A stretch of 64,000 nucleotides of DNA from Pecten maximus (Eukaryota): NCBI RefSeq assembly GCF_902652985.1, contig NC_047027.1, forward strand, positions 24,056,001 through 24,120,000, read 5' to 3'. The notes under the pieces are model-generated. The model searched no databases. It saw only the letters and a list, made by a program, of their open reading frames with translations, and was not told the DNA's origin. Shown here in pieces: positions 41,601-53,019 of the stretch (position 1 is its first letter; every line of letters begins with the position of its first letter). Both the position numbers and the translations under genes were made by a program.

Positions 41601-44600
41601 TGAAGCTACATATAAGTAATAATGAAGTCACATGTCAGTCATATTGAAGTCACATGTCAGTCATATTGAATTCTTATGTTAGTCATATTAAAGTCCCATG
41701 TCAGTCATATTGAAGTCCCATGTCAGTCATATTGAAGTCACATGTGTATCATATTGAAGTCACATGTCAGTCATTTTGAAGTCACATATAAGTTATATTG
41801 AAGTCACATATAAGTTATATTGAAGTCTCATGTCAGTCATATTGAATTCTTATGTCAGTCATATTGAAGTCAAATGTCAGTCATATTGAAGTCACATGTC
41901 AGTCATATTGAAGTCACAGCTAAGTCATATTGAAATCATATGTAAGTCATATTGAATCACATATAAGTTATACTGAAGTCACATGTAAGTCATATTGAAG
42001 TCACATTAGGAATAATAGGACAGTCAAATATTATTTCATCAATATATATGTTGTAGACACGAAAATTTACGGATCAAGAAATGGCGGTTGGACGATCTTC
42101 ACTCAATCCGGGAATTTTTATGTGTATTCATGGATGAATACAGTCAAGGTGCTGGTGATTGGCGGCGGAGGGGGTGGTTACCAGGCTACTAACCATGGCG
42201 ACAGCACCGGAAACGGTGAAAGGTCAAGGTTTGGAAACGTGCCCTCGCTTATCTCTACAGCAGGTGGGGGTCGCGGAGGGACCTCTCTGTCAGGTATCTC
42301 CTATTTTGCATTTTTGTAGTTTTAGCTTCTTCTCATTGTCAGTTTTTCAGAGATCGATTATTGCTTAAATAAGTAAACAAGAAGTGACTATTTCAAAGTT
42401 TATTGTTGAAATTTATATTACTTCAACATTCCAGTTAACAGTTATAAAATTTGAATTTTCTGCCGTTAAGTCTTTTAATGTTAAGTTCAAGAAAAGAAAA
42501 ATCCTGGTCACAGTGACCTATTTAAGCACCCGCGCAATTTTTATTCAAAATCCTTTAAAATCAACCACCATACAACTTGCATTAATGCCAGTCAATGGAT
42601 GAGGATCAAGACTTGAAATATGTAAGTTGCCGACCCCCTAAGGACACATTTTGCTGGTGACCGGGCCAAAAACAGTGCCATGCATATGTGCATTTTCTCT
42701 TTACATTGCTTTTTTGCTCATTCGCCGGATGTATCGCTCCGTTAACAGTCAGGGCCATGTTAAGACGGAAACTCCTTACTTACAGTAGCTGGTGGCTACC
42801 TAACAGAGCACATAGGGGAGGCATGTTACATGCAATCGAGGGCAATTTAGTTAAAGTGCTATGTCCAAAGACACAACCACGTCATCACAGACCGTCCATT
42901 TCTCAGTTTTCCGAGAAACACAAATCGCCAAGGGAAAGAAGCGTCATTGGATGGTCCCCTGAGGCAATGTAGGTCAATGGTTTAGCCGAAATATGGTAGC
43001 TATAATATCTGGAAAGCTGGGTTAAGAACACATCATTTTTATCAGGTTCTTTTGCCGTCATTTTAAGCTATTTCGAACATTATTTGTGTGGACCGTAGAC
43101 AGTTTAAAACATAATATATCATTGCATTACATTACTCTAGGTCAAATCAGGGTCTGACCAGCTATCATTTTTTCAGAGCATCTTCTACATACATAAGGCA
43201 CCATAAACGAAGGACGCATATGGACATCAGCCTACAACTCTAGTCCAAACTACACACTGACAATAACCTTTTATAGTCTTTTATATATGACAAGGGTTAA
43301 ATGTAAAATAAAACTCCATCGCAGTATTTACCTTGAAAATGCCTGGAAAAAATACCTTGAAAATTGTATGACGAGACCTTACATGTATATGTAATCTAAT
43401 GGCAAGTTGTCTCTCTTTATGAGCCATAATCGCATGTTATCCACTGTTTGACAAATACTCAGACGTTTATGACATGACCTTCCTTATTAGTCCCCTGCCG
43501 TTTGAAAAACGGGGGAACTATAGGCTTAGCCTCCGTCCGTCTGTCTGTCTGTCTGTCTCTGTCTGTCACGCAATAGTTGTCCGGACAACTCCTCCTAAAC
43601 TACTACTCCGATCTTAACAAAAAATGGGAAATGAATAGGTGCACTTCTAGCTCAGGCAGGGGACTTTGAGCTCAGTCAGTGTTAGTTGGTGAAACATTTC
43701 CTCTGGATTTTTCCATATTATCCTCTTTTTTTATCCAAACCCTAACTATCACCAGTTGTTGAAGACTGTTTGGACAATTTCGCAATTTATGGATACTGTT
43801 TGTAATCAAAGCATACCTGGGAAAGTATGTTGCAAGAGGAGAACGGAAAACATTACAAGTTGAATAAACAATGCGAACAATATTCCTTATGTTAGGGATC
43901 TGACAGTTGACCATAATATTCACTAGAGCTTTCAACTGCCGAATACGACCATTTCCTGACTGGATAACACAGTGCTCCTTTGTTACATGTCTAGATCCAA
44001 TGAACTCCCCAGTGGGATGCTGAATCACACCTTTCTTTAAAAGCATGATATTTCTATTTTGATTCGAAAATCATTCAGCAGTTCTGTTACATAAAGGAAA
44101 CTACTGTTAATATGTAGAATGTCATTATTTTGAAACCATGTCTTAATATATCTACATTTCTGAATACATCCCCTGCATTGCCAGCTGCGATTTCTTTTCG
44201 AACGCTATGATTTTGCAAACAAAAAAAAAAAAAAACAAACAAAAAATCCCACGAACTAGGCCCAAGTGGGACAACCGTGAAATATTAGCACAGTTTGATT
44301 TATAAAGTATACAATATTGTTCTAATAAGTCTAATATGTTAAGTAGGAGATTAAGCAAAGAGTAAGAATCTAAAAAAAAAATGAATGTTACAGTAATTTC
44401 TAAATTTAATTTTTGATGTGTCGAAAGGTGGAGCTGGTGGAGTGGGCGAAAGGAACTCTGGTTCCGCCGGAAATTACTCCAATGTCACGTGTTCTCGTGG
44501 AGGTTCCATATGGAATAATGTGCCAAGCAAGACACACAGCTTGTTCTGTGCCAACGACTACGGTTCGCATAGCTGTTTCTCAGGTAGGCAAAAGTAAAAT

Positions 44601-45388
44601 ATCCAGTCCAATTTGAAAATGAAAGATTGAAGATGAAAATACTCATAAGTTATATTATAGAATATTTCTATGTGTTTTGTTTTGTGTTTAATGATGAATT
44701 GACCCAAGCCGGTTATTTCGCGTAAATAATATTAACGGAAACAGTAATCAGCTTAGTAATATTTCTCCGGAATAATTTAGACTACTATCAAAATATATGT
44801 TACATTAACGTTATATACATGGTATATTGTATAACACACCACGCTATCTTCTTGTCATACCTTACAGACGAGAGGTAAACAATAAAAGTTGTGCAACACG
44901 TCATCTCTTAAGGTACATGATTTTATACATCACACTATTTCATCTTGTTGGTATGGATTACAGATGAGGCGTAAACAATAATGTTTACAATTACCATATC
45001 GCCTCTATAGATAAGTGTCACATTTCACCCCTCTCACGTCTTTTGTTATTTATTTATAGAAATACCTGACGAGGCCTATAGTACTGTCAATCCAAGAACA
45101 AGACGTGACTGCCGCATCGACACAACATGCAAAAATTTCGGCGACGGGTCGGAGTCGCGACAGGGTGGATCAGGAGGGGGAGGTGGCTACTCAAGAACAA
45201 GCCGATCAATCTCCGCCTATCGCAATAGTCTGATCCCTGTAGAAGTAGGGCGTGGTGGAGAGCCGTCTTACGCAATTTCCGGAGGGGGCGTGGTCATCAT
45301 CTGGTGGGGTTGGGACGAAGAACTGAGCGATGTGGAGACAGCCGACATAGAAGCGCTTTGTTCTCAAACGACTAATGTAGAACCTTAA
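20604..45388 (+). CDS. LRP-related mosaic protein, probably secreted: 3 x YWTD beta-propeller with EGF-type spacers, Sushi/CCP, C-terminal glycine-rich domain; ~1210 aa plus unresolved start exon. Exons: 20604-20689, 22091-22201, 23056-23122, 23958-24114, 24623-24751, 25332-25464, 26609-26750, 28348-28413, 30828-31012, 32375-32456, 33034-33181, 33653-33899, 34150-34291, 35170-35289, 36104-36267, 37231-37321, 37717-37876, 38541-38668, 39034-39196, 40320-40423, 40907-41014, 41334-41519, 42057-42293, 44428-44583, 45060-45388
   Basis: All 25 exons have AG/GT borders and chain in phase with no stop (3641 nt). Motifs: GMDVDDVRGLVFWTD, GLAVHPEAGLLFWTDFGTSPTVERS, ITVDWMSRNIFWVE, AVAYDDRAKYIYWSD, NLYWTE; EGF PCMEANGGCDQLCLPNPSTRSCHCGFGY; Sushi CTVP...IQCLP...SICRHSNWTNIPRC; Gly-rich FTQSGNF...VKVLVIGGGGGG...GGSGGGGGY...IPVEVGRGG...GGVVIIWW. 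Exons 20604-20689 and 28348-28413 are the least certain. Confidence 0.85.
25665..25995. repeat. Foldback-like cluster of direct and inverted CAGCAGCGGATTGGGGATT motifs
   Basis: Motif repeated on + (25669, 25703, ~25790) and as AATCCCCAATCCGCTGCT / GAATCCGCTGC on - (25780, 25923, 25978). Confidence 0.6.
26135..26225 (+). pseudogene. Dead duplicate (pseudo-exon) of exon 26609-26750
   Basis: Reads SGLLLS*TDNTR against GRLLLSWSDHNR in the live exon (TGG to TGA); shares the TTTTCAC acceptor context. Confidence 0.6.
26275..26591. mobile_element. MITE with ~25-bp TIRs (CGGTGGCTGATTTGTGCCATTTCGT), TA TSD
   Basis: TIRs and TA on both sides; second copy at 47800-48178. Confidence 0.85.
27060..27409. 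mobile_element. Hairpin-ended element (about 160-bp palindrome 27251-27409 centred on AACCGCTTCGCGGTT)
   Basis: Long inverted repeat TAAGAATTAACAT...ATGTTAATCCTTA; upstream CATTGGCTGA motifs. Confidence 0.7.
30080..30360. repeat. Degenerate ~40-bp minisatellite (CTAGAAAGGCGAAACAGTTGTAAGAACTG...)
   Basis: About 6-7 recurring units. Confidence 0.65.
30652..31779. repeat. Near-identical ~127-bp direct repeats (30652-30778 and 31653-31779) flanking exon 30828-31012
   Basis: Identical apart from about one homopolymer-length difference. Confidence 0.9.
32528..32790. mobile_element. Hairpin-ended repeat, copy 2 (right arm truncated)
   Basis: Matches 5412-5690. Confidence 0.75.
35305..35440. repeat. 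Degenerate 21-bp intronic minisatellite
   Basis: 7-residue periodicity in translation (LNIEVPS LNLVVPF VNTVVPR LNVDVPP VNSDVPV VKIDVST) downstream of the 35290 donor. Confidence 0.6.
36704..36975 (+). mobile_element. pearl/HINE-like (Helentron-associated) non-autonomous element
   Basis: AAGGTGA.CTA...GATCAC head, CGTC-type microsatellite, TTTACATTTTAACTTCTTCTC core, 3' CAGGTAGC...GGTCCATGGGCGTCTTG end. Confidence 0.6.
39190..39545. repeat. ~78-bp tandem repeat starting at a splice donor (AGGTAACA...TTAACTGTGAAATCTGACAC)
   Basis: 4-5 imperfect units immediately after exon 39034-39196. Confidence 0.8.
39980..40280 (+). mobile_element. pearl/HINE-like element, family 2 copy 1
   Basis: Subterminal IR AG(A/T)CCCCTGCC...GGCAGGGGACT, (GTCT/GTCC)n tract, 3' hairpin GTATTGC..GCAATAC. 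Confidence 0.75.
41561..42006. repeat. 22-bp minisatellite (GTCACATGTCAGTCATATTGAA), ~20 copies
   Basis: Directly visible; fills most of the intron between the Sushi and Gly-rich exons. Confidence 0.95.
43483..43668 (+). mobile_element. pearl/HINE-like element, family 2 copy 2
   Basis: Matches 39980-40250 (AGTCCCCTGCC...GGCAGGGGACT). Confidence 0.75.
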
Positions 45389-47799
45389 AGTTTTCCTTCG
45401 GAGAAAAAAGCAATGCCATTCTATTGTTAAATTCAAATCGTTCAAAGAATCTTAAAAGAAGAAAATATATTGACTGTACACAATGATGAAACGGAGTAGT
45501 CATAAAAAGAGCTTTTGTTACCAGATCTAGAAAATTACTCCATCATCCAAGCACTCTCAGTGCATTGAAGCGCTGTTGTCTGCTACACATGAACTACCCT
45601 ATTACAGTCCATTCCAATTGAAAGGCCATTCTTGATCATTTTCTTTGAAGTTATTATGATATTATTGTTTATTTTTCAAAACATAAGGATAAGCTTTCGT
45701 GTTTTGTAGTCCCCCCTTTCCTCCTTTTTATATAGAACTTGAAACTCTGTCCAAATGCAAACAAACACACGTATATCAGGGTTTTTATTACATGTATACA
45801 TGGTTGCAATTTTGCTGTACATATTAAATTAAAGTTTTTACCGATGTCTTTGCGTTATTCGTATGTGGGGAAGTGGGCAAGCATTTTGTCCTGATGATGC
45901 AATATTTGCATACATGTACATGTATATCAACATCGTGATGATTTGAACATTTTCACATGTCTGATAACTAGATAATTGAACAATGTTACAAAGTGACTCA
46001 ATGACGTAATACTGTGTCCCCTGAATTTGAAATCTGGTAATGGGAATTTCTAACTAGCAGAAGTTTAACATCCCCTCGCCAGTACATTTAAGGAACAATT
46101 CATTTACTATTTTCACGAAGTTCACTACCCTTCATTAGACCATACAAGCAACGGAATTGAAAGGCAATCCTTCAAAACATCAGTGTATTGTAAGTATTAA
46201 TGTTTATTTACGGAAAACTGATGCTTAGGTGTCAATAACAAAGGTAACCATAAGTTTGTTAAGAGCTGATTCTGGTTATCAACTTCATAACTTAATTGTA
46301 TGTTGTAAAAATAAATGGTGCTGGTGGTGGTGTTGGGGGGGGGGGGGGGGGGGGGGGGGTTCACATCATGGAATCACATCGTTCTTTTAACTAAGATCTA
46401 GTTGTGTGTTTGTGTTAGGTTTTTTCTTCTGCTTTTTTAATATCTATGGATATTTACAAAATATGTACATTGAAATACAATCTTTTTCATGCTTTAATTT
46501 TGTTTTTTGCTATCTTTGGTTCTTATCCTACTTTTCAGTGCATCATAATACAATTCAAACTTTCCATGACAAATTAGCTGATTACCTCATTAAATAGGAA
46601 CACTAGAAATAATACTATTAACCAGACGACTGTACGTAATGTGTATTACTGCGTTGTATATTCTTGAAGACTTCCAAGTGGCTATCGTGTTGCTAAAATG
46701 CGCATTTTTCCCCAGTTATTTTGATTTTGAGATGCCTTCGACGAGAAAGCATGCAGAGGGAACCTTATACAATGGAATTCTTCTTCTTATATTGTGAGAA
46801 ACCGAGAACTGTTACACTAATACACTGTTTTATACATACCACACATCCAGTATTTACATTACAGAATAACAGTAATTACGTATCGGATAAACTATGGCCA
46901 GATGTTTGTCATAAATTACAGGAGGATGATATAAAAAAAATATTGTATATCACGTAAAGACGTTAACATGCCTACCTTGTTTACAAAATCCTCTCTGCTA
47001 TCCATTTTTCAGCAGTAACGTGTGTATGTAGGCACTTGCCCAGATCATTTGTTGAAGAATCTTTCCCAGACAAACTTCATGGCTGGCATTGTACATATCG
47101 TTGTTTGCATGTTAATATCTTACGTTAGCACGGACAAGTCCTCGATGACAATACAGCAGCGAGTTACTGCGCTGGAAAGAAAAAATCATGGACTTCAAAC
47201 CCAGAGTCAGCAATTAGTGGATTGTGTTATGAACATTTCGTCAGACTATTCTGAATCAGTAAAGTGCGCCAAGAACATCGTTACAGCAGTCTTCTCCTGT
47301 GAGTAATATCTGCTTTTGTTTATTCTGCTTTATCATGTATGCTTATTGACCAATGAAAGGTTGCGGAATTTTCATGCCGGATCTATTTTAATACCTTGTG
47401 ACTATTCATTATATCCCGTTCGAGATCATTGTCGTACATTAACAACCCATAAACAGATTTGTGTCTACACCACATTATATCATAACACAAATTTCAGCAT
47501 AGGATTACCCATGTGTTACCGTCTAGTTGTATCAGTATATAATCGTATAGGAAATGTCACATAATATTTTATTTCTAGAACGATATATCAACATGTAAGA
47601 GAAAAATTTGGTCTCAAACTCGTAAGAGTAATCCTCATGACAAATCTTCAATTTGGTACCATTTATGTATTTTCTAAGCGTCAGGATAGTGACGAGCATA
47701 GGAAAAGGTTGTCCCGTAAAACAGCTTAGGTGTAGAGTGCTATCTCTGTAAGTCAGTTTGCATCTTCTAAATAATTTTATTAATTGAGTGAAGCATGTA

Positions 47800-48178
47800 C
47801 GGTGGCTGATCTGTGCCATTTCGTCCTATCTTAATTCTCGTCATTTCGTCTTTTCGCCCCGAAAAGACGAAAATTAGCAAACCTAAATTTTCGTCTTTTC
47901 GACCAGACGAAATTTAACAAAACTTAAATTTCGTCATTTTGTCTTATCGCCCCGAAAGAACGAAAATTAACAAACCTAAATTTTCGCCTTTTCGACCAGA
48001 CGAAATTTAACAAAACTTAAATTTCGCCATTTTGTCTTTTCGCCCCGAAAAGACAAAAATTAACAAACCTAAATTTTCATCTTTTCGACCAGACGAAATT
48101 TAACGAAACTTACATTTCGTCATTTTGTCTATTCACCCCGAAAAGACGAAATGCCGAAATGGTACAAATCAGCCACCG
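47800..48178. mobile_element. MITE (same family as 26275-26591) with internal ~86-bp tandem repeats
   Basis: TIR CGGTGGCTGATCTGTGCCATTTCG...CGAAATGGTACAAATCAGCCACCG. Confidence 0.85.
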
Positions 48179-48275
48179 TGAGCATAAATGATATTTCAAA
48201 CTTACATTTAGTAATCTATTTATTTTGTCTTTACAGTCGGAAGAGCTGTAATGTTCTACGCCCAGCTGTCCCATA

Positions 48276-48501
48276 GGTTTGCTTTGGTTTGTTCTTGTTT
48301 AACGTCCTATTAACAATCAGGGTCATTTAAGGACGTGCCAGGTTTTGGAGGTGGAGGAAAGCCGGAGTACCCGGAGAAAAACCACCGGCCTACGGTCAGT
48401 ACCTGGCAACTGCCCCACGTAGGTTTCGAACTCGCAACCCAGAGGTGGGGGGCTAGTGATAAAGTGTCGGGACACCTTAACCACTCGGCCACCGCGGCCC
48501 C
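48276..48501 (-). mobile_element. Full-length V-domain tRNA-SINE inserted into the C1q coding exon
   Basis: Reverse complement of 14829-15049; CCCATA duplicated at 48270-48275 and 48499-48504. Confidence 0.92.
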
Positions 48502-49799
48502 ATATGTTATAGCGTAGCTGTAGAACAGGGTGTTGTGTTTGACACCGTTGTGACAAATGTTGGGAATTGCTACAGCGGCAACACGGGTGTCTTTACCTGC
48601 TGCAAGTCTGGCACGTATTTCATCACTTGGGCAATTGACGTCAAAGCAGGGACTTATGTTAATACAGAACTGATGATGAATACGTCATCCATGGCTATCA
48701 ATCGTGGAGGTGATGCTAACAATCTTTCAACAAGCAAGTATGTCGGTTGTAGTTCATTTGCATATCGGTGATGAGGTGTGGATTAGAGTCATGTCTCGCT
48801 CTTCGGATAACTCGGATATCATCGGAAGCAAAACATCTTTAACCGGCTTTCTCAAACAATGACCAAATAAACATTCTGATGTCTCTGAGTATCAGCCAAA
48901 CTTTTTTCTGATTCTATATATGATTCTAAACGATATGACAGTGTATTGTACATTTATTAAGCGTGATTTATATAAACGTCTGTCCCTGTTATACTGCTTT
49001 TATTAAACGAGAAAGAATGCAAGTGTTTTATGTATTTCATAATAACACTTATGAATAAACTGGATTAAAACATTAAAAGAGGAAGAAATATCATGTTTAT
49101 CTTACCGTTCTACACCAATAGTATTCAGTGAATAAAAGCTGATGTTGGTTGCTTACTATAAACTTTTTTGCTTGTTCGGGTGTAAAAAACAATCAGGAAA
49201 AATATTAAATTTCGTATCATCGTATCTTTAATAAAACATTCATTAATTAAAGGTGCTCACAAAATCAATAAAAGTGACAGTTTATCTTCACCTGCAGGTA
49301 AATTGGCAAATCCCCGTGAATGTTGCCAATCAGCTTGTGGTTCAATTCTGGTTGTAAGAGATAATCCCCCTGTGGAATTATCCTTTCATATGAAGGCATG
49401 TCAAAAACCGGCACAGCGACGTGATGAAGTATGTAAGGGAAGTAACTCCGCTGTATGTGTAATCCTATTCACATCATAATATATAAAAACAAGAACGTTT
49501 ATTTGATTTCTTCACTCACGAAATTGACCTTTTGTACAAAATTTCCAAATTACGATATTTCTGTGAAATATCAGAAGTCCCTAAAAACTCTTATTGTATA
49601 TTAAATTTCTCATCAAATGTCTAGACGTAGAGAGAATAGGCATGACAAATGATAGTATTGCTACAACGCCTGCGGTGGTGCAAAGATCTCTCAATTTAAT
49701 CTTCATTGCAATCGTATAAGATTTTTTCCGTTTTGTTTCCCTACTTGTTGACCATGTCGATCCAATACTCTGTAGACTTTGAATCTTGGAATACTTCAA

Positions 49800-51115
49800 T
49801 TAAGGATTGATTGTCAATTTTGTTGCTTGCATGGACTGATGAAGGGAAGTGAACCTCGTGCAAATGAAATGAACTGCGAACCAGTTCATGTGCCATTTGC
49901 ACGAGGTTCACTTCCCTTCCTTATATTTACGTTAACCAAATTAAAAACTTCGCCACCAGATTACAAAATTCGGTCACAACGGTGTGACGTAAGTGTGTGA
50001 CTTTGTAACATACAGTAGTTATACTTATCGTACATGTGTGCACAGTAGTGGAACAGCAGACAGTCAGCTATTCTCGTCGCCAAGGCAACATAAAATATAG
50101 TCCCATACACGTTTTGATTATTACGATGTTGATACACATAAATACGATATTTTCAAGGTAAAATATTCATTTATAACAACTATTTATGATATTGTATTAT
50201 AAAAACTTAGCAATACAGATATAAATACGAATTAAAAGTGCAGTGTTGACATTATAGTATGTGTGTGATTTGGTCACTCGAGACACAGGGACTCGGTTAA
50301 AAAAATGAGCACAGGGTTAACGTGACGACTGTTCAGTGAAATATCACAACATTGAAAAACAGTGTTTATATACTCTCTAAAGCCTTGAAAAAAATCGATT
50401 TTGTAAGGTTTTATAATTTGAATGAATGTTTGATTTTTAGTCTTTCGATTATTTATAGATAGCATATGTTACTCAAAATTTAACGCCGAACCCCTGTGAC
50501 CGTATGTGATGCAGTCTAATAGCCGGGATATTCAGAGCTCGAGAAAAAGTGTAACTATGTGGATTTTAGTCGCAGGTTAACTGATGATGTACAAGGTGTT
50601 CTTGAAATATTGGATTTCATTGTCGCACTGGCGTTTTAGGATGTAAATTCTGATAATAGTAAGTAAAGAAACATTGATTTGAAGATTGGCGGTATTCGAC
50701 GGCCGGAAACTTGTGTCCTCTATATATTTAGATGGAGTCAAATTAAGACAATAATGTGTCCATGTGCTCGATAAAGAATACTGCTGCTACCAGTCTGTTT
50801 TGGTAAATAGTGTTAAAATTGAGGTTTATTTTCTGTGACCACTAAAATGGTATCAAGCATAGCATTCGAGATACAGCTAACGTTAGACCTACGTCTACGG
50901 GAGTGTCGGTGTTCTGTCAGATCCTGTTTTCTAAACTGTCTGCATTATACTGGCATTTCTATTAGCACATAAAGCGGCTATTCCATTTGTGCTCATATAC
51001 GTGTATAACGATGTTACACAATTCACAAAATGAAAGTGCATTCAACTCGATCGCTATTGTAAACTCAGTGAATATATTCACACGCCGGCAAGAAAGTGAT
51101 ATTACGCTTTAACAT
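49800..51115. mobile_element. Hairpin-ended element, long copy
   Basis: Left palindrome GAAGGGAAGTGAACCTCGTGCAAATG...CATTTGCACGAGGTTCACTTCCCTTC; both ends match 61426-61955 (right end CAGTGAAT(A/G)TATTCACACGC). Confidence 0.65.
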
Positions 51116-51762
51116 TATTTTTGATAATGGTTATTAACATGAAATTTCAACACTTTATTAAGGCACTTGACTGAAACGTCGACCTCTTTTGTTAAAAACT
51201 GCATGTCCTGAATCTCCAGAAATTGCCTCAAGCTTCGGGTTAAAGTTTGTTTATTATTTAGTTGTTCAGTGATACCTATGCCACTACCATTTTATGGTAA
51301 ACCATACGTACGCTTTTATACATCTATTTTTGTATGCGTTTACTCATTGTCCATGTACATTCATACAGACACCGTTTCATTTCTCCTTTAACTTATCCAA
51401 TAGGATAAATAGAAAACAAACACATCCGTTCCATAAAGCTATCAAAAGGCACCAAATTCCTACAAATTAAATATACTCTCATTTGATGAGTTATACGGTC
51501 GAACGATCGACAGCAAAAAATATACGTGTGCACCACGCTACATGTGTCGCCTGAAAGACGAACCCAGGTATACGTATTAACCACGTGTAGGCCCGTATTT
51601 GCACCACTCGCACGTGAAAATACGCCCACATCGCCACCTATTGGCGAAACATAACAAGGAGAAATTAATTTCATCCTAATTTCGTAAAACGAATGAAATT
51701 ATATATATATACAAAATTGAGGTATTAAGTTGTTGTTCTACCGCGATAAGGGGGGTAACTCC

Positions 51763-52902
51763 TGTAGTAGGGCAATGAGCAATGCCACGAGAGGATGTCA
51801 CCTCGACTCGCGTTGTGTTCTGATTGGAATATCAAATGGTTTCAACCGGTGACACCCAGTCATGTAATGCCGCTACCACACCCAGGTTCAATTTGAATTC
51901 AAAAGAACAATAGAATATAAACAACTAAAACTACACTCTGCTGTTTACATTATACTTAGAAATGATAATGCTATAGTATGGCATTAACTGGTGGGCCCTG
52001 GATAAACATTACTAACAAATATGGCTACAGATATACTAACATAAAGTCCACCCCCCTGTATAAAGTTGTCTACCTTGCATTGTCTCAGCAAGGGCAGACG
52101 TGTATGTATAAAAACCACCCAAACTCCCAAACTACAACAACAACCCTACATATAAATGAAACTATAGCATACTGAAACTGTCAACAGACTACAATCGTTT
52201 TTACAAGTGAAGCTACCACATTCCGCTGACGGAACGATAGGTAGTCCTAATAAGATATTGGAACATGCCGCAGCTGACAAACTAACACTGAGGTATAGAT
52301 AAACAAAGCTGCCGCATTCCGCTGACGGAACGAAAGGTAGCTACGAGGGCATAATGATAAACCACCCCCAACCCAGAAGTAAGCTAACCAATAGAGAAAG
52401 AGCCCAACATTCCGCTGACGGAACGGTATACCTACTACATAGCTAACTATCGAATACTTAACTACATCCCGCTGACGGGACGGTAAATTAGGGAGGCTTT
52501 CCTCACCTGTATAACTACAGAAGCGGTCTAGAAGTATAGAGAGAACTGACCCCGGGTCGACAAAGCTTTATATACTGACGAGAATAGTCTCCAACCTAGT
52601 GATACCATAAACAAATCCTACAAGTCAAACGATTGGTCCCCGGGTAACCGGATGACCAATCAGAAACGGCCTTACAAATAAGACCTCTTCCGCCAGCATG
52701 GCGGCGAAGTAGGCATAACAAACAAGCGACAAGCGCACTGCAACAAAATACCGGGATTATATGGCATAATAACACCCGGCACAACAAAAATGGAACCAAA
52801 AGGTAACAAACTATTCCCCCTACATGTCTAATACGATGACACGACCAAACAAAGTGGTAAATTTCCTAATTTAATAACTTATTAAAAACCGATTCCGCCA
52901 CA
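51763..52902 (-). repeat. 3' LTR (lacks ~170 bp present in the 5' LTR)
   Basis: Near-identical to 55456-56747 outside two indels. Confidence 0.95.
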
Positions 52903-53019
52903 CTCCTCCCCTCAAAGATCAAGGTAATCTTTATCAATGTAATACAATAAAAATGCCCTAAAGATTTCCTTGTCAATTACTATTGAAATTACTTTAAACT
53001 GAAACAATCCTATATGCGT

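Larger units (their letters stand above)
47079..48862 (+). pseudogene. C1q-domain (signal peptide, coiled coil, gC1q) pseudogene; exon 1 47079-47298, exon 2 48237-48862
   Basis: Colinear with the intact paralog 60519-63800. Exon 2 is interrupted by a SINE and has a 2-nt deletion (~48510) and a 1-nt insertion (~48733); exon 1 has an in-frame deletion around the signal-peptide cleavage region. Confidence 0.9.

Noticed and set aside
43672-44046. 124-aa minus-strand ORF
   Set aside because: No domain signature; intronic, possibly an old TE fragment
20604-45388. Assigning a gene symbol such as LRP1/2/4/5/6
   Set aside because: No LDL-A repeats, TM helix or cytoplasmic tail found; orthology cannot be supported
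51978-52799. Duplicated 65-67-aa ORFs (also 55823-56644)
   Set aside because: They recur only because they lie in the two LTRs; no protein motifs
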